In this document: piece after piece, positions 38,450 through 50,367 of the stretch
How the letters are laid out: each line of letters opens with the position of its first letter
Position numbering within the stretch: the first letter of the stretch is position 1
NCBI RefSeq assembly: GCF_035594765.1
Contig: NC_085842.1
Span: 87,582,782 to 87,646,781, forward strand
From: Anolis carolinensis
Lineage: Eukaryota
Reading direction: 5' to 3'
Length of the DNA: 64,000 nt
Position numbers and translations under genes: made by a program
The notes under the pieces: model-generated
Seen by the model: the letters and a program-made list of their open reading frames with translations, nothing else
What the model was told of the DNA's origin: nothing
Database searches by the model: none

Positions 38450-41381
38450 GATCGAATACCACTTGTATTCCATGGCTCCACGTTATGGAATCCTTGAGTT
38501 TGTAGTTTGTTGAGGCACCAGCACTTTTGGCTAGAGATGGCTCAACAGTACCTTGCAAAACTACAGCTCCCATGATTCCATAGCATGAACCAACAAACTG
38601 AAGCAATGTCAAACCACATTCATTCTCCAGTGGAGAAGCAACCCTAAGTCTGGGCAGCGCATTTTTTAAAAAAAATCAGTCAAGCAAATTGGGTTGCTGT
38701 GAGTTTTCCGGGCTGTATGGCTATGTTCCAGAAGTATTCTCTCCAGAACTTTCACCCACATGGCCACACAGCCTCACAACAATCCAGCATTTCCAGCCCT
38801 GAAAGCCTTCAACAACACAAGTCATGTAAATTCTTGAATGCATTAACTCAAGAAATAATACAGCCGTTTGGATACAGCAATATGGGCCTTTTTGCACTAC
38901 TGTTGAAAGTTGAGGATCTTATGTGTGTGTCCCCCAATTAAGTTGGTTTTGACTTAATGAAAACTAGTACTCATTGTTAGGGGGGAATGCCCATCTTTAA
39001 TCATTTCTCTCATTTTGCAGTAACAGTAGCAACCACAACTAAAACCAGCTCAAAAAATAAACCAAACATGTTCCATGCATTAAATCTGTCCTGTCGCCCA
39101 TGACGTTTTATTCTACCACTTAAGCTTTGAATCCTACTTTTTAAACTTATCACTTTTAAACTTATTAAGCTTTCAGCCATAGATGGTCCCAGCAGCAGTA
39201 ATATTCAGCACCAGCCCAAACACCTGGTATTTGCAAAGTTTAACACGCCACACGCCTTATCTCCCATTCTACTAAGCGGCATTTATTCATCTAGTTCAGA
39301 TTATTCATCAGAACTTGTTTAAAAAGATCCCCTTTGAGGGCAGTATGTAGGAAACACATTGTCTTCAAAAATCATATCATACACTCAAAGGTATTGTTCT
39401 AGACAAGTTGAGGAAGTTTAATGTACTAGATGAATACTCTGTAATTTGATCAACAAAGTCATTTCATTACTCTGCCCTCAAGGAGTTATCATGAATGAAA
39501 TTCTGGCCATTAGATTTCCAATCTCATTGTTTCCAATCTTGTATTAGGCATATTGGGCCATCCCCAACTATCTCAGCAGTACTATCCCACTACTTAATTT
39601 TGTTAATCCAGTTACAAAGTTCACTCATTACAGAAGTGAGTCTTCAGAGTCCTTTTAGAAATTGATGGCTGGTGCCATTTCAGTTGCAGATTTCCACTGC
39701 AATCAATAAATAATTCTGTATTCTGCTAAAACAAAGTTTTCCTTCATATATAAGGAAGTGGATATACAATCATTTTTTTAACCTTCTTGGAGAAAAACTC
39801 CAGAGATGTTTCAGATCTGTTGTACAAAAAAAGAAGACACAAGCAGTGGTATCATGACAGGGTAAGCATGGAAATGCTGTAACTTCAGTGAGTCTTTCTC
39901 TAGAATTAGACAGAAAACATGGGACTGCAGCACACAACCGCCCCCCACAATCTTATTTAGCATTAATATAAACAAGATTTATATATGTATGAAAAAGACA
40001 ATGGAAATTAGGAATAGACCCTTTAATTCAATCCTCAACAAACAAAAGCCGGGTTCAAATGCATTAACTGTTTGGGAATGAGCCACCATACTCGATTCCT
40101 AGTACCATCCCTATGCACACATAGATTTGGTGCTTATATTCTGACTTGCTGAACTCATTTCCCATGACTTTCAAATAGAAAACTAGAACTCATCAGCACA
40201 GCTTGTCAAGATCTAAACTGGAACAATCCAATACATAAGTATACAAGCTGTGTGCTGAAGTGAAGGAGGAAGATAGGACCAGACGGCTCATTCTTTGGCC
40301 AGTAAAAATGGCTTAATGGCTCAATATTGTTGCCTGAAGTGAGCCAAACTTTTCTATCCTTCCCCACTCAAACAACAACTATAAATTTAGATGGTGGAAA
40401 CCACAAATTGGGATGTTTTCATAGTATATTATCTTTCATTGGTGGGGCTTACTTCCAAATAAGGTAAGGTTCGTGAAGCGGCAGGAAATAGTATTATGTC
40501 ATATATTTTTGCTATAAGAGCAGCAGCATTGCAGAACCAAATTTGCAACTGCTTATAAACTCATTTAAAAAACAAAATGGAATTGCTGATTTGCCAGAAT
40601 AGCTGCCATATAAAGGAAAATCTAATTTAATTCTAAAAAGCTACATGAAGAAGATAAGTGGAAAGCCATACAAATCTCAGTACTTACCTATCCCCGATTA
40701 GTGGCTGAGCAATTCTCAATTTACCTGCCCCTCAACAACACACACACACACACACTCTCAAAGTCACTTAGAAATAGTCCCCAGTATTGCTCCTCTAATT
40801 CCACAGCAGAGCATCCCCAAATCATTCTATATTGATATTCACATTATGAATATACAAGAAGAGTAGTAGGCACAGCCTCCCAATTTTTTTATTCACCACT
40901 TGCCTCCTAAGCAATATATTGGTAACATTAACAGGCTGGAACTACACAGCAGGGCACATAACCGGCAGAAGTTCCTTGGCTTTGACATTTGTCATACTGG
41001 GTTAGAGAAAGTGTCCTGAGTGCCCTTCAGAGAAGAGTCTGATTTCAACAAAGAAGACTCAAGGAGGAAAAAGGGCTGAACAGACAGCTCCCAGCCCTGC
41101 ATGTTCCAAGTACATTGTTAGGGATGATCGGAGGCAGCAGGGGCAGGCTGGTTTGGATTCTCTGGAGGGAATGTCTGATGAGGCCAACACACTGCACTCG
41201 AATCACAGCTGGCCAGGATGCTGAGTAGGAAGAAGGAGGGGCAGAGAGAGGTAGATGACCCTGAATGCGGCCAAGAGCCAGTCTGGTGGAAAGAATGACT
41301 GAGGGAACAGTGCAGAGAATCACAAGTACTGGAAACTGCACCTGCAGGAAATGTAGGCCGTTTGCAGAGGCCATCCCTTTC

Positions 41382-44300
41382 TTATACCAACTTCTTCGCC
41401 TCAAAGAAACTTTTGAGATGCCTCATCTGCCAAATTCCAATGGCTACAAGGATGAGAGTCTGGACAATAGACCACCAGAGAACCCGTTGGTTTGTGCTTT
41501 CACTGGTTTGCCGGAAGCGCTCCTCTCGCCACTGGGGAGGGGGGGGGGGAGATAAAAAAACAAAACAATAAGCAAAGACATTTAAGATTCTCTCCTCTTT
41601 CCTGTTCATAATCAAGAGCCAACGAGTCACCTTTTTCACCATAAACAGATTTGGACCAACAAGTCAAAGCTGTTTTCAATGAATTATATAATAGTATGTT
41701 ACATGGACTTTTCCCTCATCTGGGATCTTACGGGAACAGAATAGGCCACCTTGTTAAGTCAGACAATTTGCACATCTAGTGTAGTATTTTTCTGACAGGC
41801 AATATCTGACCAAGGTCTCAGAAAGAAAGACTTTTCCCATTAACTGGGGCTGGACACAGGGAGCGCACACAATTCTACTGTTGCGACAGCTCCATTGACT
41901 GCCAGCTCATTTCTGGACACAATTCAAAGTGCTGGTTGTGACATATAAAGCCCTATATGGCTTGAGTCCAGGTTATTTGAAGTACCACATTTCTCTTAAA
42001 GAGCCAAATATAACTCTATGATCATCTCTAGCCCTGTCAAGCTAGAGACCAGGATGACCCATCCCTGCTTTCCTTTCATAGGCATGTAAACACATTTCTC
42101 AGCCATCAGGCATGTATAAACTGACAAAGATTGGGTTTTAAAGGCCGTGTGATTGGGATTTCATGGTGGGTTTAACATTTTAATATATTTTAATATTTTT
42201 ATGCTTAATGGTTTTGATATCCTCGTTTAATTGTTTTAAAATTGATATTTATATTTTAATGTATTTATATTGTTTTAATAAGCATTGTTTCATATTTACT
42301 GTTAGCTGCCGAGTCTTTATATCAGGAGAAAGGTGGGATAAAAACGAAGCTAAATAAATATCATCTGTCGCCTGGCCTTTTCAAGTGGAGACACCAAAGG
42401 ATGGGCCTAATGTCACCTGCAGGCAAGCTAGATGCTCTGCCACTGGGCTCAGTTTTCTCTTTCTTACCCGCTGGTAGTTCTGCTCTTTCTGGATCTGTTC
42501 AATCTGCTCCAGAAGCTGGCGCACACGCAACTGCAGCTCACTCAGCTTGTCTTTGGCTGCAATCTCAGCATAGTCATTGGCATGTTCCCCAACCTGGATA
42601 TCAAGATGGACTCTCTACAAAGAAATCAGAAACAAAAGTGTTACAATCTCTGGCCTTTTCATATCTACCAAAGGAAGCTGGTTCACCAGCTGGCTTGACA
42701 AGTGAGTCTGAGACCAAGCCCTCCCATCCACTCTCCCATGGATATACTTACCAGCATGCCTCCTGCAAAAAGGGAAAACTTTGTAGAGTTGGAATGCAGG
42801 CAGATCTGATGTTCTCCAGGTGTGTGTGACGTAAAGGTGAACCTGCCCTCTGAGCCATACTGCCGAGACAATACCACCTACAAATGACAGAGATTTGAGA
42901 GCAACTCGTGAGAAAAGTCAGTTCTATACAACCATGTTTATGCTGGAATACCTATCTTATGTAGTCACAGTTCATATAAATTGAGAATTCGCCGCTGAAT
43001 TCATCTGCCATTCCTTCTCATGCATTACACATTAATTTTTCATGGGGTGAGGTGTATTCTGAAGATAGTGGTGTAGCCAATCAACATTCCATCATTACCA
43101 GCCCAAGAACTACAATTTCCCATTATGTCATAAAACTAATATAAGAGGTGGAAGCAGCTGTGAAAGAGCATGTTCAGATCAAAATATTTATGGCTGAAAA
43201 TTATGTGTGCTGTTGTGACCAAAAGCTCTTATCCTTACCAAGATACATAGCATGTATCCACTATAAATGACTATGGAATTATAAATAATTATGGAATATG
43301 GATGCCACTTTAAGTGCCACAGCTCAATTCTAGAAAATTCTGTCTGGTGATGGACTGAAGAATTATCTGCCACAGAGCTTTATTTATTTATTTATTTATT
43401 TATTTATTACTTACAACATTTATATCCCGCCCTTCTCACCCGAGAGGGGACTCAGGGTGGCTTACAATAAACACACATATAAAAATTGTACAATACACTA
43501 TAAATCAGATTAAAAATTATTAGCTTACATCAACATTCATAAAAACCTTCTAAAATACAAATGGGTGTGTTCAAGTTCAAAAGACTGGGTCTGTCAATTG
43601 AGTTCTGGCGTACATAATAATAATTTGTGCTGCTGATTCTTATTTGAAAGCCTGGCCCCACAACCAAGTTTTAACCTTCCTATGGAAGGATAGGAGGGAG
43701 GGCGTTCCATAGGCGGGGAGTCACTACTGAAAAAGCCCTGTCTCTCGTCCCCGCCAGCCGCTCCTGTGAGGCTGACGGGACCGTGAGCAGGGCCTCATCT
43801 GATGATCTTAAGCTTCGAGGTGGGTCACAGCGGGAGACACGTTCGGACAGATAAGCTCTAAATACTGTAAACTTGGAGGAAGTGTACTAGATAGTACTAG
43901 ATACCTTGTTGTTGTGTGCTTTCAAGTTGTTTTGACATGACAATCCTATTATGAGGTTTTCTTGGTAAAAATCTGTTGCCTTCCTCTAAGGCTGAGGGTG
44001 TATGACTTACATAAGGTAACCCAGTGGGTTTACATGATCAAGTAGCAATTCAAACAGAACGATCCCCATACCCTTAGGACTGGTATCCCCAGTTTTACCT
44101 ACTTACATCCAACAAAATATGTCCTCTCTATGAAATTTTAGGGAATTCTATAGTATGCATCTGCCAGAGCTTACCACAGTAATGTATCCCTGTGAGCCTC
44201 TACAGCAGTGGTTCTCAACCTGTGGGTCCCCAGATGTTTTGGCCTTCAACTCCCAGAAATTCTAATAGCTAGTAAGTAAACTGGCTGAGGACTCACAGGT

Positions 44301-47300
44301 TGAGAACCACTGCTCTACAAGAATGTCCAGCACAAGTGGTCCATTTCAACAGGTTTCACAATTATGCATGGTTTCCTGTCTCCACAGGAATTCCAAGGAC
44401 ATATCACCTGCGAATACAGGGGTTGTACTGTAGTATCAATTGTGCAGTGTAGTTGCACATCACGGAAAAATGACAATATACAATTACTACATGTTTATTT
44501 ATTTTCTTTTAAGATTCATATTCTTTAATTAGTTTTTGGAAATAAAGATGGTAGTTTGGACAAAAAAAGGCAGCATGTATCCTCATTCTTGGCATTGCTT
44601 GACAATGTGGCAGGCAAAGCTCCACAGAAAAGGCTTTTGGAACAAAATGCAGATTACCACCTTAAGGTAAAACATTCTGTATCTCAAAATAGTGCTTAAT
44701 TGTTATCCAAGAAACTATTCTGGAAGTATCTTTTGTAATGAGCACAGTATATTGGCCCTATTTCTACAAAATAGAAAATGAAGGGTAACCAGTGCTATTG
44801 CCCTAGCGCAAGAGAGAAGAATTTTGAGTCCCCAGAATTAATTTTGAACACTGAATGAAACTTGCTTCTCTTAAAGTTACAAAAAGAAATGGAAGTATTT
44901 TGTGGTCGCTATTAAACAACTGTGGACCCGTTCACACTAGGTAATTACAGCATTTTTATGCCACTTCAACCACCATGGCTACTGCAAGTCATTTACTTAC
45001 TACAATGCAGCCTGAGCCCTGCCACATGCACAATGGAGGATCTTCTTACAGTGACACCAGAGGCAGTCTAAGTGGCCAGCTTCTGGTCAAAGGAAATTTA
45101 GTATAACGCCTAGTTTTAACTTTGTTTGTAGTTTTCTATACATTACTAGCTGTGCCCGGCCACGCGTTGCTGTGGCGAAGTCTGGTAGTATGGGAAATAA
45201 AGTATTGAGGAATTGGTGGTAGTTAAGGTCAAGGGTAAAGGTTTTCCCCAGACATTAAGTCCAGTCGTGTCTGACTCTGGAGGTTGGTGCTCATCTCCAT
45301 TTCTAAGCCAAAGAGCCGGCGTTGTCCGTAGACTCCTCCAAGGTCATGTGGGATGACTACATGGAGCGGCGTTACCTTTCCGCCGGAGCAGTACCTATTG
45401 ATGCACTCACATTTGCATGTTTTCGAACTTCTGGGTTGGCAGAAGCTGGGGCTAAGAGTGGGGGCTCTCTCCGCTCCCCCAATTCAAACCTGCAGCCTTT
45501 TGGTCCAGAAGTTCAACAGCTCAGCGCTTTAACACGCTGCGCCATCAGGGGATATTATTTCCTAAAGGTTGTGAATATACAATATTTCTGATTGGGTTTT
45601 TTTGTTTGTTGGAGGCAAGTATGAATGCTGCAATTAGGAAAAATGATTAGGATGTAATGGCCTTGCAGCTTTAAAGCCTGGCTGTTTCCTCCCTGAGTGA
45701 ATTTTTTGTTGGGAGGTGTTAGCTGGCCCTGATTGTTTCCTGTCTGGAATTCCCTTGTTTTCAGAGTGGTGGTGTTTGCGATATTTTATGTGCTTGTACT
45801 GTCTGTGGCCCTGAGAAAACAGGATTTGCCAGACTTTGATGATGGAAATACTTTGTTGGGAGGTGTTAGCTGGCTCTGATTGTTTCCTGTGTGGAATTCC
45901 CCTGTTTATTTACTGTCCTGGTTTTAGAGATTATATTGTTCTGCATTATTCTATCCCAGTAATTATTTCATATTAAAGAAGAATCTCACTTATCCAACAT
46001 TCGCTTATACAATGTTCTGGATTATCCAACGCAGTCTGCCTTTTCATAATCAATGTTTTTGTAGTCAGTGTTTTAAATTCATTGTGATATTTTAGTGGTA
46101 AATTTGTAAATACAGTAGAGTCTCACTTATCCAACATAAACAGGCCGGCAGAACGTTGGATAAGCGAATATGTTGGATAATGAGGAATTAAGGATAACCC
46201 TATTAAACATCAAATTAAGTTATGATTTTACAAATTAAGCACCAAAACATCATGTTAGACAACAAATTTGTCAGAAAAAGTAGTTCAGTACACAGTAATG
46301 CTATATAGTAATTACTGTATTTATGAATTTAGCACCAAAATATCACGATATATTGAAAGCATTGACTACAAAAATGTGTTGGATAATCTTTGGATAAGCG
46401 AGTGTTGGATAAGTGAGATTCTACTGTAAATACTACATAGCATTACTGCGCATGGAACTACTTTTTCTGTCAAATTTGTTGTATAATATGATGTTTTGGT
46501 GCTTAATTTGTATAACGATTACCTAATTTGATGTTTAATTGGCTTTTCCTGAATCCCTTCTTATTATCCAACATATTCACTTATCCTGCCGGCCTGTTTA
46601 CGTTGGATAAGTGAGACTCTACTGTATATTGATAATCTTAAATTATCTGCTTAGAACTGGATTATATGAGGCCCCTTCTTCACAGCTGTATAAAATGCCC
46701 CTGAAGTGGATTATATGGCAGTGTGGAGTCAAGATAATCCAGTGCAAAGCAGATAATATAAGATTATAAATGGGTTATATAGCTGTGTTGAAGGGCCTTG
46801 AGTCTACACTGCCATATAATCCAGTGCAAATTAGATAATCTGTGGAAGAAGTCTAAGTGAGGCCTAAATCTCCCTGTCCCCTAACTGAAACCTGGCTGTC
46901 CCTTGGTTGCTAGGCAACCAAGTGGGCCGAGATTAGCCCTCTAAACTGGCAGCAATTGGATAAAAAAAATATTGCTCTCCCTCTAATTAGGACTTTATTT
47001 TTCTTTTCTTTTTGTTGTATCAACATTGAGGCGTGGATGGTGGGTTGTGTTGTCAAATTTTGAGGTTGGGGGGCCTGTACTTTTGTTGTTTTGTGAATTG
47101 CCGTGATGCCATCACTCTTTTATATATATAGATAACTGTATTCTCAATTCCCTTCTGTCACAATAAATAAATAAATAAACACCATGGCTACATCCTTGGG
47201 TTTGTAGTTCAGTCACTGGCTGAGAATTCTATGATGCACCTTCCTAAACTGCCAGTCTCAAGAATCCAAAGGGCCAAACCATGATAATTAAAGTGGAATC

Positions 47301-49157
47301 AAAGTATTACAATCATGTAATGTGTATGGGTCCTAGGAATCGGAACTCCTTGCTAACTTACTAGATATCCCTCAACTATCTGTCAGGACATCTTGAAAAG
47401 TAATTTTTCCAGATCATGTACTTGACCTGCTTGTGTGTGCATTTAAAGAGAAGAGGCTTTCTGGTTTTACTATATATATAGGTTGAATATCTCTTTCTGG
47501 AATTATGAGATCCAAAATTCAAAAATAGCCATGTGATAGTGACACCATGGCTTTCTGATGGTTCAAACTTTGTTTCATGTACAAAATTATTCAAAATATT
47601 TCATATTAAATTACCTTTAGGATAGGTGTGTAAGATGCATATGAAACATAAATGAATTTTGTGGTTCAAAATCCTAGAAAAACTGAGATACTGAACACTT
47701 TGGTGTTCGGCTAGGGGACACTCAACCTGTCTATGTGAGGTTGGATTAGCCTCCCTTGGATTGAGACACAAACAAGCACAACAAACCGCCGGCAGCAGCC
47801 CTCCATACCTTTTCATCGGGGTCTTTCACTTCCACAAACATGCCCAGACCAGGAGTGGCAGGAAGGTACTCTTCCCGCTGCTTGTCAAACAGCTGTGTCC
47901 GGTAGTTCCCTGCGATGCAGAAAGGAGCAGAGGGGGGGGGGGGGTCACCCAACAGCCAATGACACACGTTCTTAAGCGCACAACTAGTCACACCTTGTAC
48001 AATTGTACTTTCTTCTTTCTTTTGTACAGCACCTCAGCTTTAATGCCCATTCTCCTTTAGCCTCCATATTCCATTTATTCAATTTAATGTCCCGTGGGTC
48101 CTTCGGAAATCTGTTGGGAGTTTGTATCCAAGACTGATGATGATCAAGGCCCAACTATATACAGTGGCCTAGTAAAATGGCATCCCTTATATCAGTATTT
48201 TGCAACCTGTGAGTTCCCCAGGTGTTTTGGACTTCAACTACCAGAAATCCCTGATGTTAGGATTTCTGGGAGTTGAACCCCAAAACATTTGGGGACCTAC
48301 TGGTTGAGAACCACTGCTTTATATAAGATGACAAAAATCAAGATCTGTTCTAGGGAGTTTAAAGCCGTGGCTGGTTGAACCTGTGGATACTGTATTCGTT
48401 TATTTATGACAAAACAGAATAAACAAATGAATATATTCCCTTGGACATATCAGCCTCCTCCCAAGGGCCTATCCCAGGCATGGGCCAACTTGGGCCTTCC
48501 CTCCAGGTATTTTGGGCTCCAACTCCCAACATTCCTCACAGCCTCAGGCCCCTTCCTTTTCCCCCTCAACCGCTTAAGCGAGGAGGAGGAGGAGGAGACG
48601 CCTAAGCGGCCGAGGGGGAAAAGGAAGGGGCCTGAGGCTGTGAGGAATGGTGGGAGTTGGAGTCCAAAACCTCTGGAGGGAAGGCCCAAGTTGGCCATGC
48701 CTGATCTATATTTAAGACTCCTTAAGTCAATCAACGCTGTCTCCTGGCCCTAACCTCAAATTCTGAAATTTGTTAAAATTTTCTAGGTGTAGCTATTTCT
48801 AGCTATTTAAAATATCTATATTCCAGATTTTCGGAGTCAATCAACGCTTTCCGAGGCCCGCCCCCAAAATTTTTGATTTTCTAATTGCGATTTGAATATA
48901 GTTTCCGAATGTTGTGCCTGCCTGTCCTCCAGAAGCCCACCCCTTCCCGCCTGAATCCGGCTCCTGGAGGCGAATCCGCCTGACCCCGGCTCCTCACCGA
49001 TGACCATGGTCTCGTCGGGGATCTCCTCGATGAAGCACTTGCGCTCAGTCTCGCCCAAGTGGAAGTACAGCGTCCCTCCGGGGGAGACCAGCCCGGCCAC
49101 CAGCAGCAGCAGCACTTCTTTCCAGACCGCCCGCCCGCGACACCCGGGAGCCGCCAT
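41382..49157 (-). CDS. TMED9: Transmembrane p24 trafficking protein 9 (p24alpha2), 227 aa; CDS exons 49157-48998, 47909-47809, 42877-42752, 42614-42468, 41531-41382
   Basis: Signal peptide, [31 protein letters not shown] domain [30 protein letters not shown], coiled coil, TM, C-terminal FFEAKKLV. Adjacent to B4GALT7 in the same orientation, as in human. Confidence 0.95.
43380..43855 (-). mobile_element. L2-type LINE 3' end
   Basis: (TTTA)n tail and ATCCCGCCCTTCTCACC..GGGGACTCAG terminus; similar tails at ~5190, 7130, 8900 and 56450. Confidence 0.65.
44206..44312. mobile_element. SPIN-type hAT MITE
   Basis: TIR CAGTGGTTCTCAACCT; TSD CTCTACAG/CTCTACAA; degenerate copy at 48193-48316. Confidence 0.8.
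45226..45550 (-). mobile_element. Sauria SINE inside the Helitron
   Basis: Near full-length reverse-complement match to 58030-58352. Confidence 0.85.
45978..46624. mobile_element. Tc1/mariner MITE with a second copy (46113-46426) nested inside
   Basis: Two pairs of GAGTCTCACTTATCCAA TIRs; inner copy flanked by TA. Confidence 0.8.
48475..48703. mobile_element. hAT MITE (long variant) in TMED9 intron 1
   Basis: CAGGCATGGGCCAACTT..AAGTTGGCCATGCCTG; long palindrome with a GAG-rich loop. Confidence 0.85.
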
Positions 49158-49420
49158 CGCGCCGCGCGCTCTCAGGCCACGTAATCGCTCCCGCTGGCCC
49201 TGGTCTCAGCAGCGCGGCGCGGCGGAAGTAGCGCCGGAAGAGGAGGCCGCTTCCAACTCCCAGCCAGGCTTCGGGAGGAAGTGGAGCCTGGTCGTTGGGC
49301 CGCAAAGAAGATCCCGCCCTTTCCCCTGCGAGCAGGGAGCCGGCGCTATGCTATTGGCTACGAGGAGCAGGGGGCGTGGCCTCCGTAGTTCCCTCTCCTT
49401 TGGTCCTACAGGCACGTTCT
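48930..49420 (-). promoter_or_regulatory. CpG island / promoter of TMED9
   Basis: CpG-dense; ETS-type GGAAG motifs, CCAAT (~49353-49357), GC box, ACGTGGC at 49176-49182. Confidence 0.7.
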
Positions 49421-49459
49421 GACTTCAACTCCCAGAATTCACACGCACTGACTTTACTG

Positions 49460-50367
49460 GGTAGCTATGAGTTTTTCGGGCTGACGTTTCACCTACATCC
49501 ATGGCACGCATCCTCAAAGACTGTGAGGCCTGTTGGAAACTAGTCAAGTGGGTGGAATGTCCAGGGTGGGAGAAAGAACTCTTGTTAGTTGGAGGCAAGT
49601 GTGAATGTTGCAATTGATCACCTTAATTAGCATAGAAAAGCTTTGCAGCTTCAAGGCTTGGCTGCTTCCTGCCTGGGGGAATCCTTTGTTGGAAGGTGTT
49701 AGCTGACCCTGATTGTTTCCTATATGGAATTTCTCTTTTCTGAGTGTCGTTCTTTATTTACTGTCCTGATTTTAGAGTTTTTAAATACTGATTGCGAGAT
49801 TTTGTTCATTTTCAAGGTTTCCTCCTTTCTGTTGAAATTGTCCATATGCTTGTGGATTTCAGCGGCTTCTCTGAGTAGTCTGACATGGTGGTTGTTAGAG
49901 TGGTCCAGCATTTCTGTGCTCTCCAATAATATGCTGTGTCTAGGTTGGTTCATCCAGTGATCTCCTATGGCTGAATTCTCTGGTTGAGTCACTCTGCAGT
50001 GCCTTTCATGTTCCTTGCTTCGTGTTTGGGCAAGGCTGCATTTAGTGGTCCCTATGTAGACTTGTCCACAGCTGCATGGTATATGGTAGACTCCTGCAGG
50101 TGTGAGAGGATTCTTCTTGTCCTTTGCTGAACGTAGCATTTGTTGGATTTTCATTTTTGTTGGATCCAACAAGAGTTCCTTCTCCCACCCTGGACATTTC
50201 ACAGATATAAACCCCACTTGCCTAGTTTCCGACAGACCTCAGAGCCTCTGAGGATATCTGCCATGGATGTGGGCAAAACGTCAGGAGAATGCTTTTGGAA
50301 CATGGCCATATAGCCCGGGAAACTCACAGCAACCCAGTGATTCCAGCCATGAAAGGCTTGGACAACA
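49460..50367 (-). mobile_element. Penelope-like element with inverted pLTR, directly upstream of TMED9
   Basis: GIY-YIG ORF remnant 49720-50140 ([40 protein letters not shown]); plus-strand pLTR 50165-50367; 14-bp TSD CACTGACTTTACTG at 49446-49459 and 50368-50381. Confidence 0.9.

Larger units (their letters stand above)
45146..47132 (-). mobile_element. Non-autonomous Helitron (1987 bp) with internal TE fragments
   Basis: Minus strand begins TCTATATATATAAAAG and ends CTAG; GCCAC/GTGGC hairpin 9 nt before CTAG; sits between A and T with no TSD. Confidence 0.85.
44983..47179 (+). mobile_element. Vingi-like LINE 3' fragment split by a Helitron
   Basis: [16 protein letters not shown]-type C-terminus, (TAAA)n tail, 12-bp TSD CACCATGGCTAC at 44971-44982 and 47180-47191. 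Family name is from recall. Confidence 0.65.

Noticed and set aside
42401-42829. Plus-strand ORFs antisense to TMED9 exons (similar ones opposite B4GALT7, LMAN2 and the ZNF exon)
   Set aside because: Shadow ORFs of real coding exons with no independent support.
49340-49385. Possible ERSE/ERSE-II in the TMED9 promoter
   Set aside because: CCAAT and CCACG are present, but order and spacing fit neither CCAAT-N9-CCACG nor ATTGG-N-CCACG.
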